Origin: Enterococcus phage vB_OCPT_CCS1
Strand: one strand, 5' to 3'
Length of the DNA stretch: 64,000 nucleotides
Sequence record: ON113170.1
The notes beneath the pieces are model-generated. The model was not told the origin of the DNA, ran no database searches, and saw only the letters and a list, made by a program, of their open reading frames with translations. Shown in pieces: positions 10,401 to 19,600 of the stretch. The number at the start of each line of letters is the position of its first letter. The first letter of the stretch is position 1. A program made the position numbers and the translations under genes.

Positions 10401-11064
10401 TCAAGCAGAGTCTAATGGTGATGAAAAAGCTGTCCAACAAATCATTGATGAGAATAACTTCAATGGCTCTGGTGGTGCTAAAGGACTTCTACAATATATC
10501 CAATCTACATTCGATGCTTACAAAGTAAACGGACACGATGACATCATGAGTGGTTATGACCAACTACTAGCGTTCTTTAACAATAGTAACTGGCAAAAAG
10601 ACCTAAGCTCATGGAATAATCGTTACCAAAATGGTAGTACGGGCTGGGGTCCAACGGGTAGTAAGACTCACGCAATGGGTGGACATATCACTTCTCCGGA
10701 ACATGCCTTACTTGGTGAGGTACCGGGACAAGATGAATATGTTATTAACCCGCACCAACCTACAGCTCCTAGACTATTAGCAGAAGCTACTCGTAAAACT
10801 GCACAGAAATTCCGTTTGTTTGGTAATGGTTCTGGGGATAACTGGTCTTCTCGTGTAGGTGGAATTAGCCTATCAGGTTCCGGTAATTCAGCGCAGTCAC
10901 CAACATTAAACAATACGAACGAAGTTAAGGTTAATGTAACTGTTCAAGGTGGCGGAACTTCTGAAAGTATTGCTAATGAAATTGGTAATAAGACAGCAGG
11001 TAAGATTCTGCAATCAGTCGATGATGCAATGAGTTTCTTTACAAAAGAAATGAAACGAGTTTAA
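7420..11064 (+). CDS. tail tape measure protein with C-terminal lytic transglycosylase (SLT) domain
   Basis: 1214 aa; long coiled-coil N-terminal part; Gly/Ala-rich hydrophobic segments; SLT-like motifs (QAESNG ... GLLQYIQSTFDAY) around nt 10300-10620. Confidence 0.8.
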   Translation: MANNYRFYVDAMTGDAIAKLEEVNKLMDKIDSKSAKGTQKFFHTTQREIDEAVADMQRLIQMKKELDRNFEKQSSMAEATGSMTDFKRARANLEQLQSEFQKTQNEFQKLASMKANPNFTNKTALKEQRAYREELTEQEKALQAIKKAQQELNHVNSRVNYRARQATSTGRMTHNQSESMKKDLGGVGLYSDTQRENKERQAQLREQYRRRQEELSQVRSDTNLDRQVRKNRETSILEEIKGIEQEIEARKKFNQTLNDTIENLKAKTEQLNNSNVKVEADRNSTAGVIASRAPSIAIAGIGSAMAAMGGLYAKGATANAGMRDSTISLGQRTGNGDFRAIRKEAQTMGIEKQLGYKGADMLQFQEDALSNIGFTNKEDLTSNTRALAEGSRAVPVDSETLSGFMNDQMRRGAVSGKDQIKAIQEGFLGAIQKSGMVGREKEQLNALKTLSDQSFSGRNGSNEELKQQMAMLTLLNKTGSRAVQGEEGAELMTSLSAGIQNSIWNNKASLLLGKGTKYQGGEGMYALKGKVEEGATAENVGAIIGSVQQSGGSEDYQKFTFASALHELFGTDAKNDQIDAMWKAYANGNLNEENINKIMNESQSTGKDKYKKNADDYANSKEGMANRSEAVTEKQASGINDYGDALRGINSKLGGIPPGMYALGAGMGALATALITSGGMSLFSGKIKQGIGTMFSTGTTTAGAGSAGGSFFKGVGQAFKSGKATGGWSAGLKNAGSTAKDLAGANIASADSIAGVTKAGSMAGKVGKVAGKVALPLALVGSAIDIASSDDKVKSVGENAGGLAGGFAGAKLGALAGTAIMPGVGTVIGGAIGAIGGSLIGNKAGGGLVDGVRKFFGGEEAYADEVDTGTSAGGQKTLKGQENKSGKQEERDMANKHVLSEKTRAENNAEEATNLSIYSKLLDRAQRILNQARNQNGIFGNSKGANSSSDSGGIGDDPASKDFGGDWEKAIRQASKQLGVDVTDQDVDTLLKLIQAESNGDEKAVQQIIDENNFNGSGGAKGLLQYIQSTFDAYKVNGHDDIMSGYDQLLAFFNNSNWQKDLSSWNNRYQNGSTGWGPTGSKTHAMGGHITSPEHALLGEVPGQDEYVINPHQPTAPRLLAEATRKTAQKFRLFGNGSGDNWSSRVGGISLSGSGNSAQSPTLNNTNEVKVNVTVQGGGTSESIANEIGNKTAGKILQSVDDAMSFFTKEMKRV

Positions 11065-11071
11065 GAAAACT

Positions 11072-11099
11072 AGGGGGACTCGTTCCCCCTTTATTTATT
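11072..11099 (+). terminator. rho-independent terminator (aggggga-loop-tccccct followed by a T-rich run)
   Basis: 7-bp stem followed by ttatttatt, after the TMP stop. Confidence 0.65.
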
Positions 11100-11113
11100 G
11101 AAGGAGGTAAACT

Positions 11114-13633
11114 ATGGCGGTAGAATTACGTTATCCTAGATTTAACCTAGCGTTTTATACAGAAAAAGACGAATACCATATTACGTATGATGCACAGACA
11201 GGTGAATCTAATACTTCTGTAGTAAACAAAGATAACGATTCAGAAGTTTCTAATAACTTTATGATTGAGTCTGTTATTAGTTTAACAACAAAAAATGCAA
11301 TGGAAGACGATAGTGCGGTCTTTTCTTTTGTTCTAGCCGGAGATGTATACTGGGACAGAATTTTAAAAGCTAACGATGCAGTTGTACTACGACTTTATCC
11401 TGATATAACCAGTGACCTACCTGTTAACCCAGTCTTACTAGTCGGGTTAATTTCAGAAGTGCGACTTGAAGGAGACTATGGGGAGAACTCTAAGATGTAT
11501 CGTATCACAGGTCAATCCTTTGCTAAGGCTTTAATGCAGTTTGACTTAGGTGTTATCCAAGAAGTAAGTGTTGTATTAACTGATATTGGTTGGCTCCCTG
11601 ATGATGCCCAAGAAGGGGTTAAAATGACAGGTAGAAGCGCCAGTCAGCTAGCAGAAGGAATGATGAACCGTTTCTTGCAATACATGAAATTCGATTTTAA
11701 TGGTAAAGGGTTAGAACGATTTTTAGAGTGGGAGCTGGATAGTTGGACAGAAGCTGAGCGTTTGATAGATAATACCCCGTATATTAACTATGAGGGTTCT
11801 CTAAAACAACTGTTAGATGACATCACAGCTAAACCATTCAATGAGCTATTCTTTGATGCTACACCAGAAAACAGATGTCGAATGGTTATGCGTAGAACAC
11901 CATTTGATAAAGCAGACTGGGAAAACTTGACTACGTATACTGTAACGTCTAAAGAAGTTATTTCTGAGTCAGTAGCAACAAATGATACAGAAGCCTATTC
12001 TATCTTTAATATTTCTATAAATAACCTTTATGGTACAGACTCTATGATGCTTGGTTCTAAACCACAGGTATTCCCCGCTTTAGTTAACAAATATGGCTAT
12101 AAGAAGCTAGAAGTTGATAACAAATATTTACAGGGTGCAATTGTAGATAGTGGGGATAATGCAGATAGTGCTGATACAAATACAGATGGGGATACAGAAA
12201 CTAACGAAGATACCGCTACAGAAAGACGTACAACTAGAGACAAAGATACGAATGAATCTAGTGCGTTTGATACGACTTATGGCACAGTAATGAACTATCT
12301 ACGTGGTTACCCATTAGACATCTTAAGGGTGAAACGTGGTAATGTGCGAGCTAAGATACTTCAAGTAGACAGACGTATCACAGGGACAATGGCAGACAAA
12401 ATCATTGACCAGTATATCATGACACAGAGCTTGACAAAAGAGCAGTTCACGGATATAACTGGTATCAACGAAAAGAATGCTAGCAAAGGTAACGGGAAAG
12501 AAAAACCTACCTACAAAAAAATTGTAAAATTCTTAGAAGATTACAAGGATGAAGCGGATAATAAGGAAACTACTACTATTAAGAATGAGCTTATGAATAA
12601 GTTCAACTTAACAGACAATCAAGCTACATCCATTGCTAGTGAATTTGTAGGTCAAAAAAGTTTACGTAAAACTAGATACGATGAAATCATGAAAAATAAC
12701 CCAAGTGATAGTACAACAGTTTCTGGTTCTGATACAAAGTATGTAAAAGAGTTTACAAAACGGTTGGCTAACTGGTACTGTGAGAATCCTAACTTTTATA
12801 GTGGAGATATTGTAGTTAAGGGTAGCCCAGACTATCGTTTAGGTGGAAGACTATTCGTAGTAGATGAACAGAATAACGAATTGTGGGAATATTACATTGA
12901 ATCCGTAGAGCACACTTTCTCCTACACACAAGGTTACACGACAACTTTAGGAGTTACTCGTGGTCTTAAAAATGGTGGTAAAGACCGTTTCACCCATCTT
13001 TGGGGCAAGTCAGAAGACTTCTCAGGAGGTATGTTAGGTGAAAAGACTTTAGAAGCTTTACTAGAAGACCAAGAAAAGAAAAACAATGAAAACAATAGTA
13101 ATTCTGGCTCTAGCGGTGGTTCAAGTGGTAGCACAAACCCATCGAATATCCCGGGTGGTACAGTAGCTATGAAAGCTGTAAACTGGGGACGTTCTCATTC
13201 TAAGACGGAATCTTCCTTTAGGTCTGCATACGACTGGGGAGGCGGACGTACAGGTAGAGACCCATTTGAAAGCTCTCCTATTGCCACTGACTGTTCTTCA
13301 TTTGTATGGTGGTGTTTTAAACATGCAGGTGTAGAATTAAATGGTGGGGCAACTGGGATGACTACATGGAGTATTATTGCGGATACGAAACTTGAAACAA
13401 TAGCTACCCGTGGTCAAAAGAACTCTGCTATTTTTGATAAGATGAAAGCAGGAGACATTATCTGGTTCCGTAACTGTGAGCATATTGGAATTTACTGTGG
13501 TGAAGGAAAAATGGTTGCATGTAATGGTTCAGGTAATATGAATGAAAGCCCTACAGCCGGTATTATTGTGTCAGACATGACAAGTGGATACTGGTGGGAC
13601 ACATTCGATGGAGACGTAAAAAGATACAACTAA
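11114..13633 (+). CDS. tail-associated cell-wall hydrolase with C-terminal NlpC/P60-type cysteine peptidase domain
   Basis: 839 aa; Asp/Thr-rich acidic linker; C-terminal motifs DCSSFVWWCF ... CEHIGIYCGEG typical of the Cys-His NlpC/P60 / CHAP peptidase fold. Confidence 0.7.
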   Translation: MAVELRYPRFNLAFYTEKDEYHITYDAQTGESNTSVVNKDNDSEVSNNFMIESVISLTTKNAMEDDSAVFSFVLAGDVYWDRILKANDAVVLRLYPDITSDLPVNPVLLVGLISEVRLEGDYGENSKMYRITGQSFAKALMQFDLGVIQEVSVVLTDIGWLPDDAQEGVKMTGRSASQLAEGMMNRFLQYMKFDFNGKGLERFLEWELDSWTEAERLIDNTPYINYEGSLKQLLDDITAKPFNELFFDATPENRCRMVMRRTPFDKADWENLTTYTVTSKEVISESVATNDTEAYSIFNISINNLYGTDSMMLGSKPQVFPALVNKYGYKKLEVDNKYLQGAIVDSGDNADSADTNTDGDTETNEDTATERRTTRDKDTNESSAFDTTYGTVMNYLRGYPLDILRVKRGNVRAKILQVDRRITGTMADKIIDQYIMTQSLTKEQFTDITGINEKNASKGNGKEKPTYKKIVKFLEDYKDEADNKETTTIKNELMNKFNLTDNQATSIASEFVGQKSLRKTRYDEIMKNNPSDSTTVSGSDTKYVKEFTKRLANWYCENPNFYSGDIVVKGSPDYRLGGRLFVVDEQNNELWEYYIESVEHTFSYTQGYTTTLGVTRGLKNGGKDRFTHLWGKSEDFSGGMLGEKTLEALLEDQEKKNNENNSNSGSSGGSSGSTNPSNIPGGTVAMKAVNWGRSHSKTESSFRSAYDWGGGRTGRDPFESSPIATDCSSFVWWCFKHAGVELNGGATGMTTWSIIADTKLETIATRGQKNSAIFDKMKAGDIIWFRNCEHIGIYCGEGKMVACNGSGNMNESPTAGIIVSDMTSGYWWDTFDGDVKRYN

Positions 13634-13657
13634 CCTCGTTAATAGCGAGGTTTTTTT
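13634..13657 (+). terminator. rho-independent terminator (cctcg...cgagg followed by T7)
   Basis: short stem followed by T7, right after the stop at 13633. Confidence 0.55.
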
Positions 13658-13678
13658 ACTGTAAAAAACAAAACTAGT

Positions 13679-16600
13679 ATGTGTGCTATAATATTAAGTA
13701 GAGACACATACAAGAGAAAGGATGGTATCAACTTGGCAGGAGGACGTAGATTTCAGGCAGGGTTAGGTTCCGAACATAAAAGATTATACAAAGAAGGACA
13801 ACAAATTAATACTTTGTTGCTAGCCCAAGTTATCCAAGTTAATTATAAATATAATACAGTTGATTTATTAGCATTACAGCATAAAGAAGTTTTCCAAAAC
13901 TCATATGCCAATGAAGGTAGATTCTCTGCTCGTTTACCAATGGAGTTTGGTGGACGAAACCTTGCAGGACAACCATATGGTCAAGTAAACCCCATTGCCG
14001 TTGGTACTGTTGTCCTAGTAGGTTTTATTAACTCTGATAAAGATATGCCGATTGTTATTAGTGTATACAATAACAACGATGTAAATAAACAATTATCTCG
14101 TACACGTTTTGCTAATGCAGAGCCTACAGATATGGCTTTAGCAGGACAAATGTACCAAAAATTTAGTTTGTACCCATCACTGACTTACGATAGCATTGAT
14201 GGAGATGGTAACCGAATAGTTACATTCTCAGGTAAATCCTTTATCGCATTTGATACAAAAGACATGCAAAACTCTCCAATGACGGATGCTAGCTACGGTT
14301 CTCGTTATGAAGACCTAGGAACATCTTATTACAATGACGGGGAACTAATTGAACCGATGAAAGGTCGAGCACCTAATGTGTTATTCAAACACCAAGGTAT
14401 TCTTGACGATGACAATAAACCTGACACACATAACTTCATGATTCACATTAACCCAGATGGAACATACCGTACATCTATGATGGATACGGAACAAGACTGG
14501 CGGACAATGTTTGAAATGACACCAGAAGGTAAAATACGTTTACGTAGACAGGGAGATACTGTACGCTTAAACGATGGTTTTGAGATTGGTGAGCTAGGTA
14601 TTAATGAAGAAGGTATCGTTTACCTACGTAATGGGGATATGGACTTAGAAGTTCGTGAAGACGGTATCTATTCCCAAGGTAAACTAATTACAGAAAGTAT
14701 CAATCTTGATGATATTTATGAAAAGTTAGCTAATGTTACTTTTGAAATTAATAAGACAAATGAGTCCTTGCAAATTTTAGCTGGTAAATCAGAAGTCCAA
14801 GACGGTAAAATTGTAAATCTAGAAACAGAAATTACAATTGTAGCCGGTAAAGTAGAGTCTAAAGTAAGTGCAACAGAAGTACAAGACATGATTGACAGTT
14901 CTATCGTAGACATGGCAGAGGCTATTAAACAAGCCCAAGAAGATGCAGACAGAGCAAATCAAATTATTTCTGATATGGCTAGTGATAACCGTTTGACTCC
15001 TAGTGAGAAGCTAGACTTACTAAAAGAGTGGGACATTGTTAAAAATGAATACCCAACTTATTTAGCACAAGCTGAATTATACGAAGTAGACAGCACGACA
15101 TATACTGCTAAGTACAAAGCTTTAGAAACATTTGTTACTCCTTTATTGGAAGACATGGAAGCTACTAGTGTAGTAGACGGCTCTATTATGCGTAAAACAT
15201 TTAGCGCATATTACACAGAACGAATCAATTTACTAAATGCAATCACTAAAGGGTTAAAAGACGGTTTAGAAGAGGCAATGAAGAAAGCTTCTCAGGCTTC
15301 TGTAGATGCTACACAAGCTTTAGCTGATTCTGCACAGGCACAAATTGATGCAAACAATGCAAAGCAATTGATTGCAGATATTGCTAGTGACGGTAAGCTG
15401 ACTGCTTCTGAAAAGTACCAATTGAAAAAAGAATGGGATGTTATTGTTAAGGAGTATCCTACAACAATTGCCCAAGCAACAAAATACAAAGTAAATACAG
15501 ATAACTATACTGCTAAGTATAAAGCTTTAGAAACATTTGTTACTCCTTTGTTTGCGAACATGAATGAAACAAGCGTAGTTAACGGGGAACAACTACGTGC
15601 AGTATTTTCTGATTACTATGCTGTAAAGATTACTTTATTAAAAGAAATCACAGATATTGCTCGTGATGAACTGACTGATTATGGTAACCGTATTACTGTA
15701 GCAGAAACAAAAATCACACAAACATCCGAAGCTATCACGTTAATGGCTTCCCGAGTGGAAACTGTTGAAAATGATGTTAGAACAAACACAGCGCAATTGA
15801 AAGTACAAGCAGACCTAATTAGTCAGAAAGTAACTGCTAGTGAAGTAAAAGATGCTATTGATAATGCAATTGATAACATGTCTATTGGTGGTTCTAACTT
15901 ATTTGTAATCAATACTCAAACAGCAGGACTACTAAATGAAAATAATGGTACTGTAGGAACAGCCGTAGATAAATCTGTAGTATCTAACTATATCAAGGTA
16001 ACAGCTAGAATGCCTTATGTAGCTTCTTTATATGGAAACACAGGGACAAACAGTATCATCATTGCATGGTATGACACAAGCAAAACGTTTATCTCTGGTC
16101 AAGCTGTAGCTGATTCCGGAGATTTCCATAAAACGTATGTTGCACCAGAAAATGCAGTATACGCTCGTTTAAGCTATAAGAAATCTGATACTGTTAAGAT
16201 GAAATTCGAAGTAGGTACAAAACCAACTGATTACAGCCCTGCATGGGATGATATTAAGGGTGACCAAACTGCTTTAGAGGAATACATCAAACAAGTAGAA
16301 GAACAAGCTAAGCAAGCACAGCAAGAAGCGGAAAATGCTAAGAATGAGGCTGAGAATGCAAATAGTGCAATTGCTGACATGTCTAACGACAACATGTTAA
16401 CAGCAAATGAGAAACAACAAATATTACTGCAATGGGAAGAAATTAAGACGGAGTACCCAATTAATTTAGACCAAGCAACTAAATTTGGAGTTTCTGCTAC
16501 GCAATATACAACAGCGTATAATGCACTAAAAACATACTTAGACCCATTGTTGGCAGACATGACAACAACTTCTGTAATTATTGGCTCTACTATGCGCAGT

Positions 16601-19600
16601 ACATTCAATACGTACTATGACCGTAGAACAACATTGCTTAACCGTGTAGCTGAACTAGCTAAACAAGTAGCTGACCAAGCTAAGGATACAGCAGATAAAG
16701 TAGACGATGACTTAAACAACATTGGTGGATACAACTATATTGGGTTCTCTTCCGGAGACCATATGTATCCTCGTTTAATGATTAAGAATGTTGGTTACTA
16801 TTACATTCCTTCTACAACAAGCGCAGAATTTGTGAGTGACATGGTTTGTCTAAAACCAAAAACAGCAACAGTTACAAGCGTTCAGTATGACGTTGGTAAT
16901 GCCAATGCTAGTGTGGCTGATGTTGGGCTTGCTAACTATCGAATGAAAGAAGTTAAAACAGGTCAATGGCTGACTGCTTCTGCGAATTTAAAAGTTGTAG
17001 GAACAGGTACTGCGTATCTAACGATTTTTACACTTGAAAATGGTTCGTGGAAAGCTTCATATAGTGATAGAGTTAACGCAAGTCAAGGAGTAACTCGTGT
17101 AGTAGCTCAAAGACAAGTAACAGATGCAACCACAGGTATTTTAGTTCGAGTTGATGGTAGTAGCATAACCGAAGTTCATTTTGGAAATATGCAATTAGAA
17201 GTTGGTATTCGCTCTACCCCTTGGAAGAAATCAGACATTGACATTCAAGAAGACATCAATAATGTTGCGGACGATATTAAAGATTATATTGGTGCTCGTT
17301 CTGATAACTTAATCACAAATGGTTTTGGTGAACTAGGGAACAATACGAACATTGGTGGTATCTTTGATGGTGCTGATAGAATTGTAGGTAAAGGTTCCTT
17401 CCGTCAAGAAGAAGCAAATAAATCACTGCTATTTAGTGAACACATTGTTATTGATAATAAAAAAGTCTATAACTTTGACTACTACATGCACACATTAAAA
17501 GGTGTAGGTCGAAGTTTTGCAATGATTTGCCCTTATGACGTAGACGGTGTTCGTATTACTTACCCTTCTCTCGGGGGACGAAACTACAACTCTACTACCC
17601 CTGTTGAATTTACAAAACTGACAAAACCGCTGAAAGTCGGGGATACAGAGGTTTTTGTAGAAGATGTTAGTCTATGGAACGGACAGGCACCGCAAGACTA
17701 CCAACGTAGTATTATCATGTGGGGCTATAAAAACTCGTTCGGCTATACTTATCCCGATGGAACGTATAGTCAGCTAATGCAGATGAGGACATATGATATT
17801 GGTGCAGTTGACACCACAGCTAACAAGATTACGTTAAACAAGCCATGGGCAGTTGCAAATCCAAATAGTTCAGATGGGATTTTCCCAGTAGGGCATACAC
17901 TTAGCCCAACTTCTGACGGCTCCACATATTTGTATTTGAATGGTCACGTAAATATACAAGTACCTACTACGTACACCAAGTACAGCCATTTGATTAGTGG
18001 CTCTTCTGAGTTTGCTAATACAACGATTATCCCAGTAGAAACAGGTTCTATTCAACTTGGATTCTTATTGAACCGTGATACAACAGGTGAAAAATCTTGG
18101 CTAAACGGTTTACGTCTACGTGACTATACAGATACGTATAAACTAAACGATGACGTTAGAGAAACACAAGAAAACGTAGACAAAGCCCAAGCAGATGCTA
18201 ATAAAGCTAATCAGTCAATTGCCGACCTATCTAATGATAATCTAGTTACTCCGAATGAGAAATTAGACTTGAAAAAAGAATGGGAAATCATTGTTGCCGA
18301 AAAACCTAAGAATGATGCTCAGGCAGATAAGTTCGGGGTAAGCAAAGTAGCTTATGGTACTGCGTATACAGCTTTAAGTAACTACATCACACCTATCTTA
18401 GCAAGCACAACAACGAACTCAGCTATTGTAGGGCAAACTATGCGGGACACGTTTAAAGCATATTACACAGCTCGTACAGACCTTTTAAATGCTGTTGCTA
18501 CAAAAGCGAAAGACTTAGCTGATACAGCGCAGTCTGGGGTAGAACAAGTTAAAGCAAAGGCTGAAAAGGCACAAGCTGATGCTACTAAAGCTCAACAAGA
18601 TGCAAGTAAAGCACAACAAGATGCTACTAAAGCAAATCAGGCTATTACAGACTTATCTAATGATAATCTAGTTACTCCTAATGAAAAGCTAGACTTGAAA
18701 AAAGAATGGGAAATCATTGTAGCTGAAAAACCTATTAACGACACTCAAGCGGATAAATTCGGAGTAAGTAAAACGGACTACGGTACGAAGTACACAGCTT
18801 TAAGTAACTACATTACACCTATCTTGACTGATTTAACAACCAACTCTGCTATTGTAGGTCAGACTATGAGAGATACGTTCAGAGCATACTACACTGCAAG
18901 AACGAATCTACTAAACTCAATCAGTGTAAAAGCTAAGGAACTAGCAGATAAAGCCCAAACAGATGCTAACAATGCACAGAATAGTGCAAATAACGCACAA
19001 AGTTCAGCTAACCAAGCTCAAACGGATGCTACAAATGCACAAAACAGTGCAAACAAAGCTCAAGCAGATGCTACTAAGGCTAACCAATCAATTGCAGACT
19101 TATCTAATGATAATCTAGTTACTCCTAATGAGAAATTGGATTTGAAAAAAGAGTGGGAAATTATTGTAGCTGAAAAACCCAAGAACGATGCTCAAGCAGA
19201 TAAATTTGGTGTAAGTAAAACCACCTATGGTACTGCATATAATGCACTGAACACCTATCTAACTCCAATACTGGCAAATTTAACAACAAATTCTGCGATT
19301 GTTGGACAGACGATGAGGGATACGTTTAAGACGTACTACTCTGCTCGTACTGATTTATTAAATGCTATTGCATCTAAAGCTAAGGATTTAGCTGATAACG
19401 CACAAGATACAGCGGATAACATAGCTGTCGGTACTCGTAACCTTTTAATCGGGACACAGGACTTTTCCAAAGGTAAATATCCGGGGAATACGCATATTAC
19501 AATTACAGATGAAAAACTGTTTGGAAATGCAGTAATGAAAAATGACTTTACTACAGGTACAGGATACTCAGACATGTATCAACTGACTACCTCAATTATT

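Noticed and set aside
18200-19420. Tandem repeats in the giant tail gene considered as a diversity-generating retroelement (TR/VR) pair
   Set aside because: No reverse transcriptase gene lies nearby. The repeats are in-frame protein modules with three or more copies and without the adenine-specific mismatch pattern of DGRs.
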